DNA from: Leucoraja erinacea
Lineage: Eukaryota
DNA length: 64,000 nt
Assembly (NCBI RefSeq): GCF_028641065.1
Contig: NC_073401.1
Coordinates: forward strand, 22,940,001-23,004,000
Reading direction: 5' to 3'
The notes below the pieces were generated by a model that saw only the letters and a program-made list of their open reading frames with translations, made no database searches and had not been told where the DNA came from. Both the position numbers and the translations under genes were made by a program. This document shows, piece by piece, positions 39,120 to 52,845 of this stretch. Each line of letters opens with the position of its first letter. Positions within the stretch are counted from its first letter, which is position 1.

Positions 39120-40203
39120 TATTTTCTTTGTTTTTTAAGAGATATATACAAAACCGTGCAACACCACCACCATAAATAAAACAAAGTAAGAAAAACAACA
39201 ATCAAAATAAAAAAATAAGTAGATAGGGGAAATAAAAGAAGTAAATTAAAAAAAAAATTGGAATAAGACCGTGTGGTTCACTTTACCAACTTAAAAAAAG
39301 CAAAAACATTACATTGATTAGTTATCTGGAGATAATTCAATATTCATACAAACATACCATCTAGTTCTATATAACGCAATCTTCCCATATCTAGCTCGGC
39401 ATTTATCTAATTGGTGTCATGGCTCAAATAAATGGTCCATTATTCCCAGATCTTCTCAAATGAATTTTCATTGACTCTCAAGGAATATGTCAATTTCTCC
39501 ATATTAAAGATGTCTCGCACAATTTCTAACCACTGTTCCTGTTTTGGACTTTTTCATTAAGCCAGTGCCTGGTAATGGCCTTCTTACTTGCTGCAAGCAA
39601 AACTCTAATCAAATATGTATCTTTTATTTTTACAATATCTTTAATACGCCCCAGATACATCACATGGCAGGTATTTGGGATTTTATAACCCAAGATATTT
39701 TTTACAGCTGCATTAACATTTTCCCAGTATGGCCTTATCTTTACACAGTTCCAGAAAATATGCGAGTGGTCTGCCTCCGTACTCCCACACAGCCTCCAAC
39801 AGTGTTGTTGGACAGCGAGTTTGCTGCTTATTAAAAAAAGCGAGATAGATTCTTCCAGCAAAACTCTTTCCATACTAGTGTGCTTGTGGAAGGACATTGT
39901 GTTTGAAGCCGCGGTCTCCGGTGAGGAAAGACCGATCCTGGACTGGACGCTGGACTCTGGTCTTGTCACGGGGGGGGGGGGGGGGGGGGGGGGGGTGTGG
40001 AGGAGGACGGCCAAAATTGTTTGTGCCTTCCACCACAGTGATGAATGCTGTGGTGGATGTTTATGTTACATGTGTGTCCTGTTTATGCATTTTATTATTT
40101 TGTTAACCCATCTTTATGCTTTGTATGGAACTGATTTTTAAATTATGTAAAGCACTTTGGGGTCAATGAAAATTGACTATAAATGTGCTATATAAATAAA
40201 CTT

Positions 40204-40235
<32 letters not shown>

Positions 40236-41500
40236 ATTATCTGAATCATTAATTCTGCTTCCTATTTTGTTTTTATGTAGAGCGTTGATTCTCCCCCGCT
40301 TCCCATCAGAGCTTGGTAGAAAGCAGAGTTGACCCGAGACCCCTTCTGTTTGTAGGCATCCACAATCACCTTGATCACATTATTTGAAGTTTCATCTAGT
40401 TCTGGCCTTATCTCTTTTGTAAAGTAGTCCCTTAATTGCAAGTATCTAAAAAAATCTTTGTTTTCGAGACCAGACTTTGACTTTAAATCTTGGAAGCTCA
40501 TAAACTCGCCATTTTCTGAAACTGTATACATTACCATTATGCCTTTTTGTGCCCATTCTTTGAATTTTGAATCATACACCCCTGGTTAAACTTTGAGTCA
40601 TATGCGAACCACTTCAATGCGTGAACCCCTCTTTTTAATTTGTATTTTTCCACTATAACACTACATATTTCTAACGTAAATGCTACTATGTGGTCCATAG
40701 CGTGTCTCAAAGCCCCTCTCAGATATTAGTCTCCCACCAAAATCTGTATCTGGTAACCCTGTATCTACCTTTCAATTTCTTTCCATCGAGATTCATAATC
40801 AGGTCTACACCAACAGAGGTCTGAGTTGAGCTACATAAAAGTATTTCCTCAGATTTGGTAAAGCCATTGCTTTTCGGCAGTTGAAGTGTTGTTAGTTTTA
40901 TTCTTGTTTTTTTGCTATTCCAAATGAATCTAGAGATCATTTTATCCCAGACTATGGATTTATCTCGGGGGACATTAATTGGGAGAGATTGGAATAAATA
41001 TAGTAGTTTAGGTAGGATATTCATTTTTACCGTTTGTATTCTGGTACTGAAGTCTAGAGGAAGGGTCGACCACCTTTCAACATCATTTTTGATGTTTTCT
41101 TCAATTTTATTATAATTAGTTTCAAACGAGTTGGAAAGTGTTTTGGTTATAGTTACACCAAGATACTGCATCGTTTTAGAATTCCATTCCAGATTATATG
41201 CATCTCTGATTTGTTGGGATGGAGAATAATTGAATGAAATAATTTGTGTTTTTGTCATCAGCGAAAAGACCAATTATATGTTCTTTCCCCCCTATTTTGA
41301 CCCCCTGCAGGTGTTCTCCCTGCTTTATTGCTTGTGCTAAGGGTTCAATATACAAAACGAAGAGAGTAGGAGAAAGACAGCATCCTTGCGTTGTGCCCCT
41401 CTCTAACTGGATCTGTTTTGATATGTTTCCATTTACCTTAATCCTAGCTGTAGGCTCCTGATATATTGTTTTAATGCACCGAATTGCATCTTGGACAATA
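39120..41500 (-). mobile_element. L1/Tx1-clade fragment, duplicate of 9560-12240
   Basis: Collinear near-identical sequence; QGCCLSPTLF, GLFADD. Confidence 0.8.
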
Positions 41501-43209
41501 CCTGCATTTTCATATAACAATTACAGCACGGTAACAGGCCATCTCGGCCCTACAAGTCCATGCCGAACAATTTTTTTTTTCCCCTTAGTCCCACCTGCCT
41601 GCACTCGTACCATAACCCTCCATTCCCTTCTCATCCATATGCATATAACAAACCATATAACAATTACAGCACGGAAACAGGCCATCTCGGCCCTACAAGT
41701 CCATGCCGAACAAATCACATCAAGCAGTTTACATTTGCCTCCCCATAAATGACAAGAACTGTAAATATACCAAAGGTGCTGCAGATTATGTCAATATTTT
41801 TGGATTGATTCAGCATCTGAGAGCAAGATAACTGCAGGGACCACAGAACATCGTCGAATGCAGCGCCACTTCATGCTGGATGAACATTTACTCGAAGCTA
41901 CATCTTGTGTTATTGTGAGCAGCCAGACAACTTTATTTTACGGTACAGAGATGAGTTCTCCTGCCCACCAGCCCCCGCATTCCTCTGCCAACTGGGATTC
42001 TTTTTGTACAGGTCCCGATCATTTCTGCAGATCTGCTGTAAGCATGTATCAGCCATGATCATATTGAAAGGCGGTGCAGGCTCGAAGGGCCGAATGGCCT
42101 ACTCATGTACCTATTTTCATTAAAAAAAAGTATCACTAGGAGTTATTCAGTAGGGAAATGCCCTTCGGCCCAACAAGTCCCACCTGCCCGCGGTGGCCCG
42201 TATCCCCCTAAACCTTTCCTATCAATGTACCTGTCCGAATGTTTATTAAATGTTGTTATAGTACCTGTTTGAACTACCTCTTGTAAATAAACCACGTGGC
42301 GCCGTGGAGCCTACTGGGCCAAATATCCAAGCTCGTATGGAGGTTGAGGAATACTGCGTTGATGAAAAACTAAACGCTGACCAGTATTTCCAAAATACCC
42401 GTCGCCCATCAAAAGTAAAGGAAGCCTCGCGGGGGTAGGAAAATGGGGTCAAACCATGGATATGTTCGACTTGCAACTGGGTGTAGGATATCAATGTAGA
42501 TCATGGAAAAGTCTGACAAGAAGTGGATTGAAGAGGTAAATTCGATCAGAGAGGTGGTCATAATACCGGACAAATCCAGCAAAACAAGACTTCGCCATTG
42601 GACTCCACATGACTCGCCGGGTCAGGCAACAGCTGATTAGAATTGCGAGGCATCATTTCACGTCGTGCCCCTGGAACAGAGGAGGTAAATGTGTGAAATA
42701 GATATGAGGTGCGATACAGCTGGCCAAGTGATAGATCGGTGGATACATGTGAGAGGGGGTTGATTAGCAGATGGGGGCGGGCGGTTAATTGGCAAAGGCT
42801 GTGGGTGAAAAGGAACAAGAAATGAAATCAGCCACAAAATAAGGGGGGAAGGGAGTGAATGATAACCGTGGAGGAAGGGATGGGATAAAAATAGACAGCA
42901 CACGTCCCCAACCTGTTATTGTACTACTGGAAATTGACATCGTAGTAGAGAATCTCTCCAGATAGGACACTCACATCGGAAGCAGATTTCCCCCAGATTT
43001 TCACAATTTATTCCCCCTGTTAAACATGTTTTTTCATTCCCAGAGAAGAACATCCAAGCAGTTGCCATGTCCCGAAAGCTGTTTATCCCATTTCTGGGAA
43101 TCGAGAAGTAACTACTTTTACTCCGGTTAATTGTTGTTGCGAAACCCCCCCCTTCAAACCGGAACCACCCCCCCCCCCCCCCACTGGTTTGCACTAATAT
43201 CTTCAATCT

Positions 43210-43244
<35 letters not shown>

Positions 43245-43448
43245 ATGTGCAAGCAGTCCCTTCAACTGTCCTAACACATGGATCTACGATCAATCATGAA
43301 ACCGCAGTTTATTTGAAATATAACAAAGTTTCACAAAATACCAGTTTATACACACTGGTATCATCGGACATTATTGTTTTTATTCTATTGAAGGCAAGGA
43401 CATTTGCACAGATAATTACAACGATGCATCGTAAGTAGAATAATCTGT

Positions 43449-43454
43449 TTTATT
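43449..43454 (-). terminator. polyA signal, cluster 3
   Basis: AATAAA on minus, position conserved between clusters. Confidence 0.7.
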
Positions 43455-43633
43455 GCATGAAATGTTACATTATTGTTTTTCAGTTCATCGTAAAATACCA
43501 ACAGCGCATTCACGGCAACAAAATGCACACGTGCTGCGTTTGAACAAATACCCTGTTAAAGCGAACATTCGATATCTGAATATTGGATTAATTTACAAAG
43601 AAATGGAGCAAATCGGGAATTTGATCCTTTGAA

Positions 43634-43956
43634 TTAGAGGCAACTGGATCTGGCGATGTTGGCCTTAATCGGGGTTGCCTGGGTTTCGTGTTTAACCACA
43701 CAGGAGTAAAGATCGTGTGAGTTCCAGTAGGCGGCTGGCAGAGTCAGGTAACTGCTCGCACTGAACGAGTTGTCCTTCTCCTGCTGGACCCGGCTGGTCG
43801 CAGCGCCGTCACTTCTCGCACTGCCGTCCACGGTCCACTTAATGTCCACAACGCCCGGGTTGAACCCGCTCACCAAACACACCAGGGTGGCGGTACTTTT
43901 TGCGGTGACTTCACCCATTGATGGCGCCAGAATGGAAACGGTGGGGGAGCGCGGAC
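43634..43956 (-). CDS. IGLC: Constant exon, cluster 3
   Basis: 323 nt C1-set domain ending SSCL*. Confidence 0.95.
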
Positions 43957-46843
43957 CTGGAAATAAAGAATTGAAATAAATACAAATGAATTATTTATCA
44001 GTTGATTGAAAAGTCAGAATCGATTCAGCTGGAATGACCCAGGCAAGATATATGCCGACGGTGCCAGGTTTCGAACGCCTGAACTATAGGCATAGATTGG
44101 ATATGCGAGGACGTTAGTCCTTGGAGTGTAAAGACCTTAGGGTGATCGCATGGCGGTTACAAAATCGCGAGGGGAATACATAGGGTTAGCGCACGGAATC
44201 TTTTCCCCGTAGTAGGAGAATGAAGAATTAAAGGGCTTTGGTTCAGGGCAACATTTGTACACATAATGCGTTGACTCCATGGAATGAGTTCCCCAGAGAA
44301 GTTGATGAGGCAGGTACAATAACACCATTTAAATAAACATTTGAATTAATATTTGGATAAGAAAGGTTCAAAGAGATATGGGCCTGACACGCGCAAATGG
44401 GACCAGCTCAAGTAGGGCAACCCGGTCGGCATGAAATAGGTGGACTGAAGGACTGTTCCACCGCTGCATAACTCCGTGGCTCTATGGCCGTGTACTGCAC
44501 TGGCTTTACAACTACCGTTCATTTATAAACCTCATTTTATACAGCAGAATCATGATAAGTTAATTTTTATGGGGGTATATCCGAGGTTTGGTAAAACATA
44601 TAACATACGATTTTCTACAGATCATGGAAACGGGCAGAAAAAATGTAAATACAACTCATCCTGGCAGAATGAGCAGCATTTCCAAATTAATGCTTGTTTA
44701 AATAGTAATCCCAATTCTATCCCGGAACAGTCTTTAGAATGTTACTTATTAGTGAATCTTCCACATCGTCCAGAAAGTCCATGATGGTGGCGGTCAGAAA
44801 AATGAAAGATAAAACTAAAGAAATGTTTTGGTCAGATTCAAATTCCTTCTGACACTTGTCCAGACAGCTCTGGGTTTAACATCCAACATATTCGGACTTT
44901 AAAAAACATTTCAAGCTAATGCTGAATTTAAAGACGCTGTACTATTTCCTTCCAATCGTACGATTCAAGGCAATTCAGCAATAACCTCGTATACACGTGT
45001 GCCCATTTCTGCATTAATTTATCCGAAAATGGCAAAATGATGTCTCGCTCCTTGAAGCTTTTTTGACATGTCGGTCTACCAACTGCCTGCCCATGAAACA
45101 AAATCAACACTCAGAGGGATCATGTTTAACAGCATAATGAACAGTCTGCGTTTTCTGCTATATCATACACTCGATGGCAATCGGAGAACCAGCATCAAAA
45201 TCCCTTGCAGGATCTACAAGAGTCAAGGGTACAAAGAGTCTGACGGCATATCCACACAATTGTGATCAGCTAAGGTGGCAATGGCTCGCTGAACGAGGAA
45301 TGAACCAGAATACGGTTCTGCTCTTGTGTCTAATTTCGGAGCTGAATCAGACTTGCAACAATCCTCCACGCTTTCGTGCAAAGGGAATTGAAATGCTGCC
45401 GTGCGAAGCGTTTAAATTTTGGTTTTAACCTTTTCCCTGACAATTAGTTTTAGCGCTGTTGTAGGGAGCACGTGTAAACCTGTCTAAACGCCACTTCACC
45501 CTCATGGTATCATTAAAACGATCAGAAATCAACTTCGCGCAATTTGCCCTAATGGGTATTTGCAATTCCAAAAATATCCCATTTAAATTCACCGACATCC
45601 CTTGCCAAATGTTTATTAACTTTCCTTTGGATGTTTCCAATGATTCTATTTGGCCCACTCTCAGAGTTGGTATTCTCCGTGTCCACAATATACTGTAAGT
45701 TATCTCATAATTTCCCGAACATTTGTTCAAGTAACGGCAACAGTTTTGGTTTGCATTCCGCTTGTATTGAAGCAAAGTGACCAATAGCAGCAGTCTCATA
45801 TGGAACCCGCCACTTGAGGATACTTCAAATCAGAGAATCAGTATTCCTGTTAAAGGAGCAGGTTTCATGAACATCAGGGAAGAAAGTGGGAAATAGACTT
45901 TCAGATCATTACAGAATTTAACAACTTCGCATTTGAAGCACAGCTGCCAATCTGTGAAGGCGTTAAATTCCACGATGATCAAGACGCCACGGATATAAGA
46001 GCGCAGATTTCCCGGAGTGTTGTAGGGATTGAGGTAAAGGATTATTTGAAAAAAAACAAGTTTACGTAGGAGAAACAGGGAACCGCGAATGTTGGCATCT
46101 TGAGTACAACACAAAGTGCTGAAGTAATCCAGCGGATCAGACAGCATCTCTGGAGGACAAAGAAAGATGATATTTCCGTTCGGGAAAGTCTCGCAAAGAT
46201 TCCGACACGAAACATTGCCCATCTATACGTCTACCGGAGATGCTGGCTGGCCCGTTGTGTTCTACTTAGGTCTAATAGGATATTTCTACCGAGGATTTGT
46301 GATGGAAAGCAAAACATAAGTTCAACGATTCGTTGTTTCACACCGTGAATACTTTACTTACTGCTTAGATTCAGTTTGGTTCCTCTCCCAAAGGTATATT
46401 TACTGTGGTCCCACACAGCACAGTAATAATCGGCCGCGTCCTCCGATTGCACGTTGGTGATGGTTAAATGCATTTGGTTCGTGGATGAGACCACGGATCC
46501 CGTGAATCGGTCTGGAATTCCGGTGCCTCTTGAGGTTTCATACCACACCAAGACAGGGCTGCTGTCCGGCTTCTGCCAGTACCAGCTCGTGAAAAAGCTA
46601 CCGATGCTGCCCCCTGACACTGTACAGGTAATTTTGACGGTTGTTCCCGGCGATTTTGATATAGACGGGACCTGAGTCAAGGTAGTCTCCGCGTTTATAG
46701 CTGATAGAAATAACAGATAAATATACAGAACCATTAGAAAAAAAAACACAGCAGAATGTAAAACGATACAGCATTAATTATTCTGCGCTCTACTCACAGT
46801 GGAAACAGGTCACCAAGGCGAGAACCCAAACCCATACAGCCAT
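43634..46843 (-). CDS. IGL: Ig light chain cluster 3, germline-joined VJ, type II (lambda); intact; exons 46798-46843 (L), 46362-46700 (VJ), 43634-43956 (C)
   Basis: MAVWVWVLALVTCFH-SINAETTLTQVPS...YYCAVWDHSKYTFGRGTKLNLS-SPRSPTVS...ARSSCL*; all splice sites canonical and in frame. Confidence 0.95.
46362..46700 (-). CDS. IGLV: Fused VJ exon, cluster 3 (CDR3 AVWDHSKYT)
   Basis: 339 nt, in frame, no RSS between V and J. Confidence 0.95.
46798..46843 (-). CDS. Leader exon, cluster 3
   Basis: 46 nt, gtgagt donor, E3V change relative to clusters 1 and 2. Confidence 0.92.
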
Positions 46844-46942
46844 GTTGAAGGTTATAAGGGAATATTTTGCTGCACAAGCGCGGTTTTGAGCCCTTTCCAA
46901 GTTTCTCTTTTAAAGTCTTCAGTCACTATTTATTAATTATTC

Positions 46943-46963
46943 ATGCAAATCTTTATCCACGTG
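46943..46963 (-). promoter_or_regulatory. Octamer plus E-box, cluster 3
   Basis: ATGCAAAT 46943-46950, CACGTG 46958-46963. Confidence 0.85.
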
Positions 46964-47749
46964 ACATCGATTCATTGAATTATTGGCTCGGGGTAAAATT
47001 ATATTTCTGCAACTCCAGCCCTTTGGGAGAAAGAAATATTCATGTTGTTTTAAGTGGGAGGAGAATAGCAGACAACGGTGAACTCAACGGCGGCGGGGGG
47101 AGGGGGAGAGAAGCTCTGAGACTCACACGGGAACTGTTGTGTGAGAGCAGGCTCTTATTTACTGAGTAAAAGTGGTCAGCTGTGTTGAATGGTGGCACTG
47201 TAGAGACTTTGCACTAATCACCTTAAGCTTCCAAATAGTTATAAAATAATACATTTGTCCTTTTCCTACAAATAATTCGCAGCCGTATAATTAAAGGGGA
47301 ACATGGAGATGACAGATAAATTAAATGGTAATTTTTCATCGGTCTGCTCCACAGAACATGGACTTAACATCCCAGAAACGGCTGCAGACACGGAAGCAAG
47401 AAACAAACTCACAAAAGTTGCAATCATTAGGAAGTCGATAGAGACACGGGCTGACAGGGCGTTAAGATGTATTGTATTGCATTCTGGAGTCTTAATTCAT
47501 TCCGTTGCAGCGCTGAATTCATTGCTTTGAGTTTTTTTATTTCAAAACTACCATGGACGTTCCTTGGTATTCATTTTTATCCAGAAGGGGAGACAGAAAG
47601 TCGTCCACCGCAGGCCAGTTGGTTGCACATCCGTCCTGGAGAAATATTGCAAGCTGTTACCCAATCGATATAAAGGGCACTGACAAAATGATCCAGGTTA
47701 TCTCGCAAAAGTCAAAATGTTGTTGAGAAAGAGAGATAATTTAGAAATG

Positions 47750-49665
47750 AGAGCAGAGGGGCTTGGGAGTGCTGGTGCAGGGTGGTGACGTTAATTTACA
47801 AGTCGGTAGTAAGGAAAGCATTTCTTTGGAGAGGGCCAGAACACAAAAACAAAATACAAAAACAGGAATGTAATGCTAAGCCTTTATAAGGCACTGGTCC
47901 GCCCGCATTTGGAGTGTGGTGAGCAGTTTTCGGCTCCAATCTGAGGAAGGATGAGCTAGCGTTGGAGAGGGTCCAGAGGAGGTTTCCGAGGGTGATTCCA
48001 GGGATAATTGGGTTAACATGTGATGAGCGTTTGACGGCACTGTGTCCGTGCTCGCTATATGGTTTATGAGGACGAGAGGGGGGGAGACCTCATTGAAATT
48101 AACCGAATCGTGAAAGGCCCGGATAGAGTGGATGTGGAGTGGATGTTTCGACGAGCGGGGGAGCCTAGGACCAGAGGTGAAAGCCTCAGAATAAAAGCAC
48201 GTCTATTTAGAAAGGACATGGGGAGGAATTCCTTTAGACAGAGGGTGGTGAATCTGTGGAATTCGTTGCCGCAGGGGGATGTGGGAGCCAAGTCGATGGA
48301 TATTTTTAAGGTGGAGATTGAGTGGTTGTTAATTAGTAACAGTGTTAAGGGTTATGAGAAGAAGTCAGGAGAATGGGGTTGAGAAGAAAAGATAAACCAA
48401 GCGTGATAGAATGACGGGGTATAATTGATGGGCCAAATGGCCTAATTCTCCTACAATTTATGAATTCATGAACGATGTTTCACCAATTTAACCAAAGGCT
48501 TTGAAGAAGTACAATGACAGGCAGATATAATTTCGAGGAGGCATTTGATAAGGTGATGAATCGAAGGTTGATATGGTAAATAATATGGTAACATTGGGGG
48601 TAGGGATATGGATGGAGAACTTGTATGGCAGACAGGAAGCAAAGAATAGGAATTAACGGGTCCTTTTCACAATGGCTGGCAGTGACTAGTGGGGTGCCAC
48701 AAGGCTCGGTGATGGGACCTCGGTTATTTACAAGATATATTGACGATGATGAAGGAATTAAATGTAACATCTCCATGTTTGCGGATCACACAAAGCTGAG
48801 TGGCAGTGTGAGCTGCGAGGAGGATGCTAGGAGGCTGCAGGGTGACCTGGACAAGATTATGCAGTACTTTGTCCATAAATATGCGGTTATCCACTTTGGG
48901 GGCAAAAACAAGAAGGCAGATTATAATCGAATGGTGTCAGATTAGGAAAAGGGGAGGGGGGGGGGGCGGTGTGCAACGAGACCTGGGTGTCCTTGAACAT
49001 CAGTCACAGAAATAAATCATGCAGGTACAGTCGGCAGTGAAGAAAGCAAATGGCACGTTGGCCTTCATAGCGAGAGGATTTGAGTGCAGGAGCATGGAGG
49101 ACCTACTGCAGTTGTACAGGGCCCTGGTGAGACCACACCTGGAGTATTGTGTGCAGGTTTGGTATCCTAATATGAAGAAGGACATTCTTGCTATTGAAAG
49201 AGTGCAACGTAAATTCACCAGATTAATTCCCGGGATGGTGGAACTGACAAATGATTGACAGGGCTTATATGCACTGGAATTTTGAAGGATTTGAAGGGTT
49301 CTTATAGAAACATATAAAATTCTTAAGAGGTTGGATACGCTAGATGCAGGGAATATATGCCCGATGTTGGGGGAGACAAGAACCAGGGGTTGCACTTTAA
49401 AAAGAAGGGGTAGGGCCTTACTGAAATGCGGAAACACGTTTTTACCCAGAGAGTTGTGACTGTGGTATTCTCTGCCATACAAGTGGAGGCAGTGGAGGCC
49501 ATTCACTGGATATGTTCAAGAGAGAGAGAGATATAGCTTTTAGGGCTGACGGAATCAAGGGATAGGGGAGAAAGCAGGAACGGGGTACTGATTTTGGACT
49601 ATCAGCCATGATCATATTGAATGGAGGTGCAGCTCGAAGGGCCGAATGGTCTTCTCCTGCTCCTT
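47750..49665 (+). mobile_element. CR1 fragments upstream of cluster 3
   Basis: [26 protein letters not shown]. Confidence 0.85.
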
Positions 49666-51743
49666 TTTACTGAGAGTGCTGGTGTTTATGGAAATCGGAA
49701 GAACAGAACATTGGGCGATTAGTTGGAAACATAGAAAACGCATAAACAGGCTAATTTCTGGTTAGAAAGATGCAAAAACTGATGTGCCTCATAGATCACT
49801 GCTGGAGCCACAATTCCCAAAAATGTTTACACACAGTCAAAAAAGCTACAAAATGTTGGCTGTTGAATTTGCTAATGACATGAAGCACCAACCAAGGCCG
49901 CCGTGCATGTGGATAGTTCCCGTGAATGGGCAAAGGCCTGGCAAATGCGGGATGTGGGAACATGTGGAATGTCAATTTTGGGAGGGTAACTGATATAAAA
50001 TAATGCTCTTTACAATATAGACACAAAATGCTGGAGTAACTCAGCGGGACGGGCAGCGTCTCTGGAGAGAAGGAATGGGTGACGTTTCGGGTCGAGACCC
50101 TTCTTATTTACAGTATGACTTTTTGCAGTGTTTTGAGATGCAGAATTATTTCGGTTCCCTGGTGAGGATACGCAACAAGCTAGAATGAGGTACAACAACT
50201 ACCTATGAAAGGTAACAGTGTTAGCATCTAACGTCAGAAAAAAAACTAATGCAAAAGAGAGAGGTTGATAGTGCTTCAGTTATACTTCATCGCAGAATCG
50301 AGCAGAGTATTGAAATGTAAATGCCTTTGAAGCAATTCAGAAAATGATTACTAATAGACCCATATCTGCAACGAGCGAGTGGTCGACGGTTAGAAGCATG
50401 AGAGGTGCTTTAATTGAAGCACGGTGATTATGCGGGGTCTTAACAGCATGTGAAGGGGGAGGACAATTCGTCTGGGGTAATCTAAAACTAAACGTCACCT
50501 GTAACACAAAAATCAATGCCTACTTCAAAAATTGAAGAAACAAAACACATCTCTCAGAATGGAGAAAGCCTCATCAATTACGTTTCTGAAAATGTGGTAG
50601 ACGCAGTCTTTATTTTTTTCCAAAGGTAGAAATATTCCTAATAAACAAGGTGGGGTAGTGATATGTTACCAGGGGTGGCTGGGACTGCAGATCAGAGGTT
50701 ACAATCAGTTTAGTCACCATTTTACTGTTTGGTGAATTAGCTTCAAGTGACCGAGTGCGGATGGGGAACATCATCTCCTCCCCATTGACCAGCAACACAG
50801 TGCATTTCAAGGCTGCGCGCTTTACACCCTGTTCTACTTCCTGTACACACATGGAATGAAGCACAGCTCCAATGTCATCTATTGATCCACCCCAACACCA
50901 TTCTATTTGGATGAATCATTGCTGGTGCTGCGTCAACATAGAGAAGGGAGACGGAACACTTGGTTGAGTGGTGTCAGAACAACAACCTTTCGCTCCAAAG
51001 CAACAAGACGGAACTGGTCGCTGACTTCAGAAAGAGGAAGTCCGGGGACCCCAGGCCAGTTTGTTTTAGTGGAGTAGTTGTGGAGAGGGTTATAACTGAT
51101 TATAACTAATTCTAGGCATTAACACCGGGCCGAGCAAACAAATGCATCAGCGAATGAGCGCCAATGCCTCTACTTTCAAAGAATTTAAAAAATATATTTG
51201 TCTCCAAATACTCCAACAAACATTTACACATCTACTACAGAAAGTACACCACCCGGTTTAAGAACAGCTACTTACCTACAACTATCCAGATTTTGGAAGG
51301 ACCTACGTACCCCAAATGCTGCCTCGGTAACGCGACACTATGCCCCAAAACTTGTACACTATCGACGTGTTTTTTTATTATTATGCTTTTTATCGCAATC
51401 TTGTTTCTTTCTTTCTGATGTACATGTATAACGTATGTATCATTTATTCCTGTGTATTTTCTGTCACAGTCCACGTGCCTGCGATGTTTCTGCAAACAAG
51501 AGTTCTCGGTTTAAAATGAGTTGTAATTGGATTTTCTGTTTGTTTCTTCTAAGAGAACAATGTTCAGTTATTTATGTCATGCGTCGTTGTTTAAATCTTT
51601 ATGACTTTCATTGACACTCAACACCTTGGCAAATTGGATAGATGGAAAACCTGGGGCTAAAATCCTGGGACCAAAACCCACTCAAATGTACAAAATCCTG
51701 TTTGCAACTGTCTTCATGTTTGTCAAAAAAAAATATTAAAGTC

Positions 51744-52845
51744 TCAGATTCAGATTCAGATTCAGATTCAGATTCAGATTCAATTTTAATTGTCATTGTC
51801 AGTGTACAGTACAGAGACAACGAAATGCATTTAGCATCTCCCTGGAAGAGCGACATAGCAAACGATTTGAATAAATAATAATAATAGGTGTCCGTGGGGG
51901 GGGGGGTGATTGGCAGTCACCGAGGTGCGTTGTTTAGTAGAGTGACAGCCGCCGGAAAGAAGCTGTTCCTCGACCTGCTGGTTCGGCAACGGAGAGACCT
52001 GTAGCGCCTCCCGGATGGTAGGAGGGTAAACAGTCCATGGTTGGGGTGAGAGCAGTCCTTGGCGATGCTGAGCGCCCTCCGCAGACAGCGCTTGCTTTGG
52101 ACAGACTCAATGGAGGGGAGCGAGGAACCGGTGATGCGTTGGGCAATTTTCACCACCCTCTGCAATGCCTTCCGGTCGGAGACAGAGCAGTTGCCATACC
52201 ATACTGTGATGCAGTTGGTAAGGATGCTCTCGATGGTGCAGCGGTAGAAGTTCACCAGGATCTGAGGAGACAGATGGACCTTCTTCAGTCTCCTCAGGAA
52301 GAAGAGACGCTGATGAGCCTTCTTGATCAGAGTAGAGGTATTGTGGGTCCAAGAGAGGTCATCGGAGATGTTGACTCCCAGGAACCTGAAGCTAGAAACA
52401 CGTTCCACCTCCGTCCCGTTAATGTGGATGGGGGTGTGCGTGCCGCCTCTGGACTTCCTGAAGTCTACAATGAGCTCCTTGGACTTCTTGGAGTTAAGGG
52501 CCAGGTTGTTGTCAGCGCACCATGCTGCTAAGTGCTGGACCTCCTCCCTGTAGGCCAGCTCATCGTTGTTGCGGATGAGGCCAATCACCGTTGTATCATC
52601 TGCATACTTGATGATGGTGTTAGTACCATGTACAGGTGTGCAGTCATAGGTGAAGAGGGAGTAGAGGAGGGGGCTCAGCACACAGCCCTGTGGAACGCCG
52701 GTGTTCAGGGTGAGGGTTGAAGAGGTGTGCTTGTCTAACCTCACAGACTGGGGTCTGTTGGTTAGAAAGTCCAGTATCCAGTTGCAGAGGGAGGGGTCGA
52801 TGCCCAGGTTACCGAGTTTGGTGATCAGTTTTGATGGTATAATGT
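51744..52845 (-). mobile_element. Young 5'-truncated Rex/Babar-type LINE, copy-specific
   Basis: Uninterrupted 275-aa ORF with [18 protein letters not shown] and [10 protein letters not shown]; (GATTCA)n tail; empty sites near 7695 and 37770. Confidence 0.88.

Noticed and set aside
46401-46407. CACAGTA heptamer-like sequence inside cluster 3 CDR3
   Set aside because: No nonamer at 12 or 23 spacing and absent from the other CDR3s; likely His-Ser codons.
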